From Glaucostegus cemiculus (Eukaryota), in the NCBI GenBank assembly GCA_976551045.1, contig CDPCPM010000016.1, positions 27,094,001 through 27,158,000 on the forward strand: a DNA stretch of 64,000 nt, written 5' to 3'. Both the position numbers and the translations under genes were made by a program. The stretch's first letter is position 1, and each line of letters opens with the position of its first letter. The notes under the pieces were generated by a model, which did no database searches, was not told where the DNA came from, and worked only from the letters and a program-made list of their open reading frames with translations. This document shows positions 1 through 13,639 of the stretch, piece by piece.

Positions 1-974
1 TGTTTGTCCTTTAATTGGATGCCTAATATTGCATTTTTGAATGTATTAATTTTTTTACTGACACAGGACAAGAATGAATTATTATGTTGGAAGCAATTCA
101 AATAGCAGTATCCATGTCTTCAAGAAATAAGTATCAGAAAATATTGAGATGTTATTAGGATTTTCAGTATGGGTCTATTGATAAAGGGGAGATGATGACT
201 GTAATAAAGTGAAAAAATTAAGAAAAAACACAAGCAGTTAAAATAACACTATGTTAGGGTGAATGGAAGACTGCAAGTATATAAAAATGTGGATTAAAAG
301 AAACAGTAGATGCTATCGTGCAAAGATTTAGTGCATCAAAATTTTATGTAATTTACACTGGTGTGAAACTGTATTGTGTTGTTAAATGTATAAACGTTGG
401 TGAACTAATTCATGTTTTAAATAAAGAAATGTTTATTTTTCTATTTCTTTTGTTGTTTTATTGGTGAGTTAATTTCATGATATCTGATATCAAGAATGCA
501 TTGACACTGTAATTATAATGTTACAGAATTTATGACTGAATATTCCAAAAATGACAAATGCTGTACTCCAGCAACTTAAGAAAGACAACACTTGGTGGTG
601 CCCTTGACTTAAAATAAATTGCAAGTTATATGTGAACCTTCACACATGCCATATAAGCTTTATTAGAAAAACAGTCCATGATCCTAAGAGCATTTTCCTT
701 GATAGATATATTTTTTATATATTCATATATTAATTTTAGTCAGATTAGAGTGTTTAATATTACAGTGTGTTCCTGTCATCTAGTTCTGTCTCAAATTTGC
801 TGTTTCTTTACCCCAACAGTTTAATCATGCATCTCACAGGAGAAGCAATAGTTTAGAACATGGTGACAGATGTAGGTCACCATTCTCTTGAATGGTCCAC
901 TATTCAAACATCTCGTGGCTATTGCGCACCTAAACTTCATTTGCCAGTTGTTAGTTCATACTCTTGAATGCCGA

Positions 975-1450
975 TCCAAGTCTTCAAAGTTGAATTGACC
1001 TCAGGCCCTGAGATATATATAAGGCTGCTATAGGAGACAAGAGAGGAGTTTGCTGGGATGCTGATAGAAATTTATAAATCTTCTCTGGCCACAGAAATGT
1101 TGTCAGATGGCAAGAGGAAAACCAATGTGAAACCTTTATTTAAGAATGGCAGCGAGGATAAGCCAGGCAATTACAGGTTGGTGAATCAAATGTCAGGGGT
1201 AGGGAAATTACTGGGGAAAAATAATTTTCACTTGGAGAGGAGGGGTTGATCATGGATACTCAGCATGCCGTTATTCAGAGGAGGTCCTATTTGAATAATT
1301 TGATTTAAATTTTGTGGAGGTGACTAAGTTGATAAGGGTAGTGCAATTGACTTAGTCAGCACAGACATAAGTAAAAGGTTTGATAAGGTCTCACGTGGGA
1401 GACTGATGTAAATGGTATGAGTCCATGGAATCCAGGCAATTTGACAAATA
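975..1450 (+). mobile_element. Degenerate CR1-clade LINE ORF2 (RT) fragment
   Basis: ORF 1058..1249 reads NVKPLFKNGSEDKPGNYRLVNQMSGVGKLL, matching the CR1 motif NVxPLFKKGxxxxPGNYRPVSLTSVVGKLLE. A decayed 'FDKVxHxRL' region follows near 1380. Confidence 0.8.
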
Positions 1451-4400
1451 GTCATTTATGTTTCTATTGTACAGGGTCTGCTGATGTTATGGTGGGAGAC
1501 TGTCAGAGTCCAGTCTACACACAGGGCAGTGAATCCATTTTACTTATGGTGCTTCATAGCCTGTTGAGTCATCATTGCTGTGTGGATAATCATTATTTAT
1601 GTACAGCTCAGTCACTGCAATTAATATATTTTTGCTGGTTTTAGTTAAGAGATGTGTTAACCAGGAAGCAGGAAGAGCTCACTTTTTCTGTACTAACATT
1701 GTGAACAGCCAGATAGCAACATTAACACATCATCCAGAAGACATATCTTGATTATTATTGCATTGATTTTACCAGATATTAGAGCTCAAACCTACAACCT
1801 AGTGGCTTAAAAGGGAGAATACAGAATACTGATCCAATATGATGTTTTGCAGTTTAACATCTGCTATTTGAAATCAGAGGAAATAAATGGGAAATTCACT
1901 TGTTTGAAACATTAGTTATTTGACAGAGTTGAAGTTGCCCTGGCTATTTAAAAACAACATTTTTTTTTAAAGCTTGGTCACTGCATTTTTAACTTTTTAC
2001 AGATGCCACCTATTTTTACTCTAAGTTGTTTGAGTTAGTGGTTAGAACATAGCAATGTTAGGAACAAGAAAAGTACATTGGACCTAAATGGCACACCCAA
2101 TTCAGTGAATATTGGCTCAGTCTCTCTGCCTTCTATCATTTTTTCATCTTCTTTCCCAGAGCAAATTCAACTGTTAATTAAACTCAATTTATTCCCCTAA
2201 TACTGTACTCATGAACCTTGTTCTGTTCCCCATTACCTCTGCATTTTTGTGTATTTTAAAGTATTTCCTTAAAGTTAACATTCCTCTTGTTTCATTCCAT
2301 CCTTTGTCTTTGGGCTATCTGAAGTGCTCTTCATAATTCTAAAGTCTGAGTGTTGATTTTACTCAGGCCTGTGGGTGATTGATAGTTGCAGCAAATTGAT
2401 GTTGTACTAGGTTATGCTAGTCAGTTAACTTATTCCTAGTTTGGGATGATCCAGATGTCTGCTGTAGGGTTTGCTAGGTGCAGTGAAGAGGAAAATCAAC
2501 TTAATTTCATTATTATGGTTGTCAAAGCAACAGTTATACACATGCTCCTTTGTGCTAGTTATGACTGTAATCAACATAAGGTCTTAAATTGACTTGCGTA
2601 TTACTGGGACTCCATGGTGCCAAATTCAGTTTTGATGTTAAGGATATTATGACATTAAATCATTTATGCATGCTTAGCTCAAGCCTGTAATGAGGTCTTG
2701 AGCCCACTTGATTGCTGAAGGGTATTAACAGGATTATTGGATTTGTCTTTTTTTTGTGGCGGGTTTTCCTGGACAATTTTCACTTTGTCAGGTGCATGCC
2801 AGTGTTATGAAAATACAAGAACAGCTAGACTAAAGACCATATCTGTTCTGGACCAAAAGTTTTCAACACTATTGGCTTGGGCCATAGGCTAACAATCTGT
2901 TGCTTAGATCAACTTCATTATCCTTGTCCAATAAATATTCATAATCAATAAATTAAGCCACTTGTTTTGTTTTATTTTTGTTACTTGATCCCATTTTTGT
3001 AATGGAGTGATCCTCGTCACTTTCTGATCTTTAGCAATCATTCCTGATCCCAGAAAATTTGGAAGTTAAATTGATTTGCTTCTCTGTTTCCGGAGTTTTC
3101 TATCTTTACAAACTCATTTGTTTCATCAGTGCCTTGACTTGATTGCACAGACTGTTAAATCATAGGAACAATTTCTTGCTTATGTTGCAGCTGTATTTTG
3201 CCTGAGTTTCCTGAGATTACCATACACATCAGCTTGTATTCTCCCCATTTTTCATAGGAAATTCAGGAAAAACATTTGTACTAATTGATAATGAGATCAG
3301 TGAAGTCAAACTTGCACCATCAGTTTGCAGTATCTGATCCTTTCTTTTGGCTTTCTAAATATTCTGGCTGTATATTTCCAACATTTGTGGTTCTTAGTTT
3401 ATGCAAAATCATGCATAGTTTTGATTATTAAAGATGGATCTAGATACACAATAGCCTATTGTAGCTAGAACATCTTGACATTGGCCTTTTTTCCCCCCGA
3501 CTTCTTTATTGCCATTTCTGAAATGCCCCAAGTGTTTATCCAAGGCCTCTTCCTCATGATTCTCATCCTCTTGCGGTCATTTGCAACAGAAGTGTGGATG
3601 TCATTATTAGCCAGCACAAGATTAACTCCCAATCTGAATTATCAAAGATTAAATGGAACTTCCTGCAATGATTGTTTACCTATTAATGGCACATTTATAT
3701 TTCAATCCTTGATTGACATTAATATGACTTGCAAAAACATTAGAAATGATTTTCATGATATTAGTGAATGATTGTATTCAACTGGGTATGTTCAAGTGGT
3801 AATATTTTCTGATTTTGCAAACTTAATGAAATCTAATCAAATCTGTGCCACGCATATATCACTAATAGTTAAGTATGTATATCATCAGTGTACTTATAAA
3901 TACACAAGATTTCTCTATAGCCTCTTCTGACTACTCAATAGTGTGATGTCCAAGCTTGGATGAACTGTTACTGCTTGCAGCTTAAGGACAAGCTGGAAAA
4001 AACTGAAACAAGTGCTTCCCATCCACTATCATCCATGTTCTTCCAAATTTTTGCTGTGTTTCTTTTTCCCTGTCCTGCCATGTCTTGTTCACTCACCTAC
4101 CCTGTGCTCATTAACTTACTTGGTTTCCACCCCTTAACACCTTAAGTCTGAAATCCATGTATTTAAATCCCCACTGGATTGTAGCCATTTGCTGCCTCAT
4201 GCAACCACCACACCCCATTCCCATGCCCATTTTCCTTCCTTTGCTAGTAGCATCTTTTTGCATTTTGTGTCAAGTCCTCTCAACGTTTGTGATCTTGGGT
4301 TGGGTTCAAAGCAGGAGAATTCCCTCTCTTTGCTATATCATAACCAGCTTAGCACAATCATTCAGTGATAACACGAAAATCATTCTGTATTTTTGTTTTT

Positions 4401-4619
4401 ACAAGGCATTTTAATTTCAAAGGCTTGTTCAAAGAAAGAAATGCAAATGCACTCATAATAAGTATATAATGATTATGATAAGTTATATGTTTTATTTAAA
4501 TTAATGGCGAGTCTCTAATATTGATGGCCACTGGCCAACTGTTGGACAAGTGCAGACAGCCAGACATCATTTCTAAGGATTTCATGCATCATACCTAAAC
4601 AAAAAGACACAATTGGACT

Positions 4620-4840
4620 TGAATCTTATAGTTGTATGTCACAGAAACATGGCCTTCAGCTCACCATGCCCAAGCTGGCCGTTGCTTCCCTCTATACCAA
4701 TTCCATTTACCTGCATTAGGTCGATAGCCTTCATGCATTGGTGATTCAAGTGCTAGTCTAGATCCTTCTGAAATTTGAAAATATCTGCTTCCACTACATC
4801 CTCCGGCAGCACTTTCTAGATTCCAACCAGTTTCTGTGTG
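4620..4840 (-). mobile_element. CR1-type LINE 3' end remnant
   Basis: 'cacagaaacatggccttcagctcaccatgcc...ccatttacctgcattaggtc' resembles the CR1 tails at 21759 and 50069. Boundaries are approximate. Confidence 0.6.
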
Positions 4841-4944
4841 ATTTTACTCTCTGAAGTCATTCTGTTGTTGAAGACAATCATTTCAAAAGTTGGGAAGGAT
4901 ATTTAATTTAGATTTCCATTATTTGCACAGTTAAGTGATAATAA

Positions 4945-5030
4945 TCACTGAAATTAATTGATCTGTATCAGTGGTATGCAAGATAAGTTTTTCACTGTAT
5001 CTCATTGCAAGTGACAATAAACCAATTCCA
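4945..5030 (+). mobile_element. Short Rex1/Babar LINE 3' tail
   Basis: 'aagtttttcactgtatctcattgcaagtgacaataaaccaatt' matches the tails at ~14550-14600 and ~44560-44605. Confidence 0.6.
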
Positions 5031-5363
5031 AATTTCCTCTACTTCCAGCATTAAGGGAGTTAAATCCCTTTGGAATTGCACATTTGCATCTGCTCAGGTG
5101 GCCATTCCATATGAACCTAGATAGTAAGCATTCACTGTTGATTTGTTCCCAGATAACTATTGTTCTGAATGTTATGTGCCTTTTTTATGTCCACTGTGCA
5201 AAGCAAGTACAGCTTACTTTTGGTGACCATGGTTCCTTTAAAAGTCTGTTCTGAAATTCCATTGCATTTCACAGAATTTCTATAGTTACAACAGGAAGCA
5301 AGAGAACTTCTGGGATTTTAAGGTGACAATCAATAAACTGATGAACTCCTAATTAAACAAAAA

Positions 5364-5424
5364 TTTATTGCAAAGAAGAAGTTGAAAAAAAGAGCCCATT
5401 AGAATCCAGTTTCAAAAATTTATT
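5364..5424 (-). terminator. Paired AATAAA poly(A) signals, candidate 3' end of col10a1 copy A
   Basis: Plus-strand TTTATT at 5364-5369 and 5419-5424, about 1.1 kb past the stop. The same arrangement occurs behind copy B. Confidence 0.55.
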
Positions 5425-6516
5425 TGACAGCACATAATAAATATATAAGCAGAGGTAATACAAAACCATACGATAGATTGTTGTTATAACTTATACTAGC
5501 TTTCCATGTGATTCATCTGAAATACTGTTCCATGGATGCTAGCAGCTGTTTAGCCATCTGAATCAGCTGGTGTTTCTTCTGTGCTTCCAGAATGTTCAAC
5601 TGTTTTTGACATCATAACTAAGCCTACTTCTTTTGAAAGGTGAAAGGCGCACATTCCCACAATGTTCACTAGAATTCTGATCCAGAATACCAAGCCAATT
5701 ACATTTACTCATCCCCCCACCTTTGTCCTCAATGGACTAAGGATCAAAAGTGGTATCTTCACTGCCAAGTTGGCTGATGGATAATCAACGTACAAACCTC
5801 AGACGGTCCATGAATGGCAATGACAAGGAAGAACAGAGAAAATTTCTATACATTAAAAAGTTACTCATGAAAAAAATATTTACATTTTCTTTGTAATAAA
5901 CACATTTGAAGTATTTTAAGTGAAAAAGCAGCTATTGGTTATAAATCAAATAACTAAAACTTATGAACTCTGAAATAGTGTACATTAATGAGGAAATAGA
6001 TAAAATCTGGAAGCAAAACAATTAGTGTAATTCAATGAACAGCAGAAATACTGCAGTCTAATTTTGGGTAGGAAACACTAATTTTGTATCATCAAACATA
6101 TTTCTTATTTTAGCATAATTTCCCCAAAGATGCTGATTCAGAAAAGAAAACAAAATATACAGAACGAACAGCTTTTTTGGTTTTTAGAAACAGAGCACGT
6201 TTCTTCCTCATGAAGGTAACAAGCTATAAAAATGCATATAATTTTCTGCTTCATTATGTGTATCTTGTACATCAGTGCATTGTATAAACCATATTGTATT
6301 TAGTAAACTTAGATGATCCAAAAGCATATGTGCAGTATAGGAAGAATGACATTAATTCCACAGATATACGTTGTATTAAAATAACACAGTGATGACTTAT
6401 TAGCTTGATAGTAATTGTCCCTTTTTGGCTTCTATTGATTCCTTAATGAGGTTGCATTGTTTATCAAGTAGGATTTGTCCTCTCAAACCTGATCAGATAT
6501 CATTAACTGAGGCAAA

Positions 6517-8348
6517 TCATGAAGGGCTAATCAAAAACCCTGAGAAAGATGACTGTTTCTCATCAGATGAATATAAACCATTGGCTTCTTCTGAAGGTAG
6601 CAATACATAGACTTGGTCATTTTCATGTAAGTGTACTATAATACTTCCTGAAGCCTGATCAACATACCCTGTTGTGTAATCGTCATATGTTTGTAGTATG
6701 GGTTTTCCATTTTTATATATTGCAACCCAGACACTTGCCCCCTTGATTTGTACATGGTAACTGAATTGGTAAAGCCCTGGTATTTCACATGTAAATACAC
6801 CAGATGATGGATTGTAGTTGTTATTTGAATTGGTCACTAGTATGTCAAACATAATTGGTTGACCTACTGGTGGATATGGCCGAGATAGAATGGCTGTAAA
6901 AGCTGGAACAGGACTTAATAATCCAGGTGGTGGCTGTACAGATTTTTCTGGTTGGACATAAATTTCACCAGGTAAACCTGGTGGGCCTGGAAGACCTGGT
7001 GGACCTGGAAGACCAACTGCTCCATTTTGACCTGGTGCTCCTGGTGGCCCCTTGATTAATTGTCTACTAACAATGCCTGGAGGCCCTGGTCGTCCTGGAG
7101 CTCCTGGAGCACCATCTTTACCAGGAAGCCCTTGTGCACCTTTCAAACCAGGCAAGCCTTTGTGACCAGGTGTTCCCACAGGTCCCCTCAGTCCTACTGG
7201 ACCTGGAAAGCCTAATGGACCTTGAGGACCAGGAGCACCAGGGCTTCCTGGTTTACCAGATGGACCAGTAAGCCCAGGATCACCTTTTTGGCCCACAAGT
7301 CCAATTGGTCCTGGTAGACCTGTTGGACCTGGTTTTCCGGGAAAACCTGATATACCTGGGCTACCAGTTGGTCCTCTCTCACCCTTTGCTCCTGGGTAGC
7401 CTTGTATACCCATGTGCCCTGGTGCCCCTTTCATTCCTGGTGAACCAGGAATTCCTTGTAAACCTCTGGGGCCTTCTGATCCCGGTATACCAACTGGTCC
7501 CATTAATCCTGGAGGTCCTGGTTTTCCAATTGGTCCCATCTCACCTTTCTTTCCAGGATATCCAGTATAACCAACTGGACCAGGTTCTCCTTTGGATCCT
7601 GGATCACCTGGCTTTCCAATACCTGGCAAGCCTGGTGCCCCTGGCAAACCTTGTAAGCCAGGGTGACCTTTAAGACCAGGGGGCCCTGGTAATCCTGGTG
7701 AACCATTTACTCCAGGCTTTCCAATTCCAGGTTGTCCAGGTGGTCCCGGTGGCCCTTTTTGACCTGGTGCACCTGTGAAACCAGATGGGCCTGGTGGTCC
7801 AATTTCACCCTTTTTACCTGGTTCCCCAGGGCGACCAGGAGCTCCGGGCGCACTTAATCCCACTGGTCCTGGGATTCCTGGTGACCCCGGGGAACCTGGA
7901 GGTCCTTTCTCACCAGCAGGCCCTGGGATGCCAATTCCTCTTTCCCCTTTTGGCCCAGCAGGACCAGGATAACCTGGATGTCCCTTTGCTCCAGGTAACC
8001 CAGGTACGCCTGGAGATCCTGATGCCCCTGGTGGACCTGGTTTTCCAACAACTGACAATCCAGCTGGTCCAGGATTTCCTGGAGGCCCTGGACTGCCTCT
8101 CTGCCCTTGTAGCCCTTGAACTCCTGGATCACCTTTTGGTCCAGGATATCCTATTCTTCCTGGCTGTCCTGGTGATCCCGGAATGCCTGGAGCCCCCTTT
8201 AAAGTGAGTCCTTGTGGTCCTGGTTGTCCTGGATCGCCAGGAGCTCCTTTCAGCCCAATACCTGGCTTGCCTGGATATCCTGCTTGGCCTGGGGGTCCTG
8301 GTGGTCCTGGAGGTCCAGGTGGTCCAGGTAACCCTGGATCTCCCCTCA
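6517..8348 (-). CDS. col10a1: Collagen alpha-1(X) chain, copy A, exon 3 (triple helix + C1q/NC1 domain)
   Basis: Uninterrupted ORF with a Gly-X-Y helix carrying 8 imperfections. The NC1 has [50 protein letters not shown], typical of type X collagen. The acceptor aactttctaccttcacAG (AG at 8349-8350) gives a phase-1 junction G|TG-AGG-GGA-GAT. TGA is at 6517-6519. Confidence 0.93.
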
Positions 8349-9584
8349 CTGTGAAGGTAGAAAGTTGCATCTAAATATAATATGCTTTCATAGTTAATTT
8401 TTATTCCTCTCTTTAAAACAGAATTATGAGCAAAATTAAAACAAGTCATATTTCAATTTGCTTATATTACACTGTCTTGAGAAATGTAAAAATGAAATCA
8501 CAATTTTAAAATGGTTAGAACTAAGGGGTGAGATTTTCTGCTGTGTTGTATTGATTTTGCATGCTATCTTATCCAAAGCTAGTCAAAAGATTAAAGAATG
8601 GCCGTCTCAAATGACCTTCAGTGCAGGCTGAATTTCTGTAATCTTTTGCATTATATAAAAATTATAGCACGAGAAACCAGTCCTGCTCACAAAATTTGCC
8701 ATACCATGTGATCAAATAAATTCCATTTTATGGACTTTTGAGAAGCAGCTTCAATGTAAATTTGGAGGCTCCAAAATACTGATGGACACATTTTGAAAGC
8801 TTTTATTTTTTGTAATCAAACTGACTAATACAACTGATAAATGGGGCTTCTGCATGGGTATTCTACAGTAATTTTCAATTTTTTAAAATGGACACCTTGT
8901 TTTCCAAAAGTTTACATGATAACTCACTTTAACTCTTAATAAAACTCATAGATTTAGTATCAAAGAACATTACTAATGATTTTTTAAAATAAATTAAGTT
9001 GTAAAAGACAGACTACTTTTGCTGGTCCATGGAGTACTTTATATGTGGTGACATGCAAATAAGTTGAAGTGAAATATCGAACATGGAAACTAATTTCCCA
9101 AAACTAGCTGATTGTACTCAAAGTGGGAAAACATGGTAAATAAAATTAATATGGTTAATCAATTTGGGTTTCTGTTAAAGCTTATTGTTGAAATGTGACT
9201 TTTAAAAGTTGTTTAACAAGCATTTAAATGGATAAATGCTTAAAGAACATTTAGACCTATGAAATTGAGAGAGCTGTACTTGAATACTATAAATTCCATT
9301 TGTAAAAGAGCAAATTTTTAGGGTGTTTTGATGTTATATTCTTGCTTGAGTGATATTTGTTGACCTGTTTGTCAAGGTGTGGTACTATGTTTGTAGTTTG
9401 AGATTATTCTTCCTCCTATTGTGGAAACGGTTTCAATAGAACTAGAATACTACAGACCTATAACAGATTTTAAGTAGAGATGTGGGAAGAAGGAGAAGGA
9501 AAAATAAGTGGTTAGGTCTGTGATTAGGTGGAAGTGAAGCAATGATAAAATACTAAAAGACAAATTATGTAATCCTGGTAAAAG

Positions 9585-9700
9585 GTCAGCAACCCTGAAA
9601 TGTTAGCTCTGCATCTGTCCCTCCGGATGTTGCCCAACCAGCAGAGTATTTTCAGCATTTACTGTTTTTATTTTGAATCAGATTTCCACTATCTGCAAAT
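9585..9700 (+). mobile_element. Penelope-like element terminal repeat remnant
   Basis: 'cctgaaatgttagctctg..gatgttgcccaaccagcagagtattttcagcatttactgtttttatt..cagatttcc'. The same family recurs near 27780, 32035-32520, 54535, 55655, 56085 and 57380. The class assignment is from recall of elasmobranch repeats. Confidence 0.55.
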
Positions 9701-10104
9701 TTACTTTTACACATTTGTAATATGTTCTCACTAAGGCACTTTATATTGCATTGTTTATCGTGTTATTATTAGTCACATGTGAAGGAATCAAAAATATTGA
9801 CCATAGATATCTGTGAAGGAATAGCAGTTTTAACAATTACAATTCTTCAGTAATGTCCTGTTTAGTTAAACGATCCAAGCAAATATGATACATTAACTTT
9901 GACTTGCGGAAATATTTAATTAAGAGCTTAATAGAGGTTGGTAGTTATGATTATCATGGTCATATATTAGAAAGTTGAATTTAGAAATCTTTTGTGGTGA
10001 GATGATCAGAAAAATAATACATCACTAATTTACTTTATGAAAAATTTACCATGTCATAAATGGAAAAATAATGTTGAGTTTAGAAATGATATGTTCTCAG
10101 AGAA

Positions 10105-10720
10105 TCAGAATATATACGTAACAGCATTCGAATTGGGTGTAGGCCACTTGACCTTCGAGCATGCTTTGCTAATTAATAAGATCAAGGCTGATCTGATTAT
10201 AGCTTTGGCTTAGCATTCCCATCTATGCACAAGAGCCTTTTACCCTCTTGCTTATCAAGAATCTATCTACGTTTTCCTAAAAAAATATTCAGAGTCTCTT
10301 CTTCCAGTGCACTTTGAGGTTTCCAAAGACTCTTGATCCTCTGAGAGGATCAAATGCCTCAACTGTCTTAAATGGTTGACCTAATATCTTTAAACAGTGA
10401 CCTTTGGTTCTGATTTTTTCACACCAGGAAGCATCCTCTCCACATCCACCTCTATTAAGAGCCTTGTATATCTCAATCAAGTCACCTGCCACTCTTCTAA
10501 ACTCCTGTCCTGTCCAATCTTTCCTCAGAAGACAACCTACAAATTGCTGTTATTAGCTTATTAAAGCTTTTTGTGATCCGTTCCCAAAGCATTATCATCC
10601 TTCCTTAAATGAGGAAATTATTGCTGTGGACAGTAATTAAGAAATTTTCTCACCAGTGCACTATATTACTGAAATATGGCCTCCCTCCGTTTGTGTTCAA
10701 TTTCCGAGGAATATATGTTG
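10105..10720 (-). mobile_element. CR1 LINE 3' fragment
   Basis: ORF 10289..10492 reads GDLIEIYKAL..RTKGHCLKI, the CR1 ORF2 C-terminus. Confidence 0.75.
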
Positions 10721-11279
10721 TTAATACATTATTAATTTATTTTTGTGGAATTTTCTTCATTGAAGCATCTCAATAAAAGTCTTGGCTAAGAGACAATGCA
10801 AGCAGATTACTCATCCAGCCAACTGTGCATTGATATACTAGGTGGTATCAAACTCAGCATCATTGCATAAAGGAAGTAAGTTTCCAATGTGAAAAAAAGA
10901 GTGTAATCTGGAGTTTGGAGCCTGTGGCATTTTCAGGGTAAAGCTTAGTGGTTTGGAAAGCAATGCCATTGTTTAGGAACTATTGAACTGACACTTCAAG
11001 AGGACAGAGAGCATCCCGTTTCTTAATTTGGTCAGGAATTATGACAGATGAAGTAAGACGCTGGAGGACTCTATTCAGGGCAGTTTACTAAGGGCCCCAT
11101 AGAGAAGTTGCCAAATAAGAGTAGCAGGAGATGCCAACCAATGCAACTACTATTACAAAGTATCACATATTTGGAGGAAATGAATGAACACTTGGTGACT
11201 TTACAGGGTCAGCCAAAGGAAAGGAACACACTTCCATTAATTTAGTGCATTAACCATCCTTGGCAGTTATAATTTTCTT

Positions 11280-13620
11280 TTCCTCACACTGCCTTAAATT
11301 ATATTTAATATGTGCTGAACATGTCCATTTTAGAATAAAGTTAGTACCAGTATTTTTCTCAAGAAGCTTTCCTTGGATTACAGAATGCATTTAGGTCCGA
11401 GTATCCGTCTAGCATTTATTTGGCTTTATCTTAATTTATTCCTGACATTTGGGAAACACTCAAAAGACTGTGTTCATTGCCTGGCATGAGCTGGTTAGCC
11501 ACCTTTGTGAAGTGATGCAACTCTTGTGCTCTCTTGATGTTAGGGTAGCAGTGACCTAGGAAAAAGTGGAGTTGTTGTTTCCCCTGCAATGCATGATAGT
11601 CCCAGAGACACATAAATTGTTGAAGACTATGCATGCTGGAGCTGCAGTCCACCCACATTGGACATCATAGTGAGTGGCGTCAATGCAGTAAGCAGGCCCA
11701 ATGTGAATAATATTGAGCACCTTGAATATGGCTTAAGCTTCTGGCTTGTGCCTTGTGGATGGTGGAGTCTTTGAGAGACTAAAAAGCAAATTACTTATTT
11801 TAATGTATCTTGCCTGATCTCTGTCATTACAGTGTTAAAGTGGCTGATCCAGATAAACTTCTGGCCCCATAAGTTCAGTGCTGAGATATGATGATAGTGG
11901 TGCTGATGAAGGTCAGTGAGACATTATTTGGCATTTTTGTCAGACGTGGTCAATGTCTGGCACTTAGAAACAGAAAATAGAGTCCTCCAGCGTCTTACTT
12001 CATCTGTCATAATTCCTGAAAATTCATCTCATCTATTGACCCAACTTTGGATGTTGTTATTATCCTGTTGTTTACCGGCATACAATGTTTCATTACTGGA
12101 ATTGGTGGCTGAGATGAATACAACAGTATTGTCAACCAACAGCTACACTCCTATCAGATGGAAAGTCATAAATGAAAGCAGCTGATGATGGTTGGCATAA
12201 GGACCCTCTAGTGAAGAATTCCTGAAGTGATATGCCAGAGCAGTGATGACTGGCTTTTGATAACTGCAACCCTTTTTTTTGGGTTGTATAAAATTCCAGT
12301 CAATGAAGGCTTTTTTAATAATGCTCATTTACTAGTTTTCATAGGGGACATTTGCACTGTATTTGGTCAATTGTTGCCTTGATATTGAGGGCCAGCTACT
12401 CTCACATTTCCTATGATACTCAGCTCTTGTGTCCATGCATGGATTAAGACTATGATAACTTGAATCAAATAGGGCTGGCAGAACCTGAACTGTTAGTGAG
12501 CAGCTTACTGGTAAGTCAGCTAGCCATAAGTACACAGCCTTGCAGGATGTTTATTTAACACATTATTTTTCGCCATGGTATGTGTGGATTCACCAATGCC
12601 CAAAGCTTGAAGGTCAGTCCACATTTCTCTCACCTGTGTTTAAGCATCCTCACTTTGAATTTAGAAGTGATAAAAGAATTTAGGAGAATTTGAGCATCAG
12701 GAGAGGTGAGGTGTGCTGCAGGAAGCAGGGTGCAGGGTCTTGATAAATATGGTATGTGGTTTGAGACTCAGCCTGGGTAAAGCAGGATGCCAAGCTTATA
12801 AAACTGTCTGATTCAGCCTCAGAGTCTGGCCAGTGGGAGCAATGGAATCTTTGGCAACAGAGAACAGCCTTCAGTGGATTCAGCATTCAATGAGAAGAGA
12901 AACTGATTTTTCCACAAATTGATGTTAGGCACTGTTAACAGCGTAGTGATAATGATGTGGTGTAGACAAGTTCTGGGCAGGTGCATATGTTTGTTGTCAG
13001 CGTACACAGTGGCTGATGATATCCATTCCTGTGGATAATTATATAACGGGGTGGGATCCAGAATGACATCCTTGGGGAAATCCAGGATTGACTATGATGG
13101 TAGAAGAAAATCAACTGAAAGTGTGCTGAGTACATTTAAGGAAGAGTGAGGCAATCTAATGGAATTGGATAAGAGGAGAGGCAGTGAGGGAGGATGGCAT
13201 ATCTGTCAAACATCATAGAGAGATCAGGGAGATGAGGACAAATATGCATTCGACTCAAAGTGAATGCCTTTTGTGATTTTAGGCAGGGTATATTTTCAGG
13301 GACAGTGTCCTGGAAGATCACTGAGGTATCTTGAACCATGGTTCCAGATGATACCTTTGTTGCCTGGGATCTATGGGCACTTGTATTTTTAAGTAAACTA
13401 TTAATGGTACTTTGGATTGCCTTTAATGAAGACATTGTGATAGCTGTCTGAAACAAAAAAATAATTTTCGTTAATCTTTCAAAAATGAACTGAATGGTCA
13501 TTCTGAGGTGCACTCCTTTTCTGACTTGTGTAGATAGTGGAGCACATAAGACCTTCTATGATCCCTAGCCTTCTTGGCTTTGGGAATTCTGACATTTAGT
13601 AAATTTGTACAGTGCAATGT
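11280..13620 (-). mobile_element. Old, highly decayed non-LTR retrotransposon (CR1/L2-group), same family as 20020-21758
   Basis: A decayed RT motif (GVPQGSVLGPTIFSCFINDL-like) lies on the minus strand near 12160-12240, with blocks resembling the 20020-21758 element. There is no intact ORF and the boundaries are approximate. Confidence 0.55.
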
Positions 13621-13639
13621 TGCTGTTGGTAGTCAGTGC

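Noticed and set aside
8349-8370. ORF-track start MQLSTFT for copy A
   Set aside because: It is the polypyrimidine tract and acceptor. It has no signal peptide, and the AG at 8371-8372 would be out of phase with exon 2.
7305-8449. Antisense and alternate-frame ORFs over copy A exon 3, including Gly/Pro-rich ones
   Set aside because: These are shadow ORFs: GGN-CCN codon periodicity makes the reverse strand read Pro/Gly and depletes stops.
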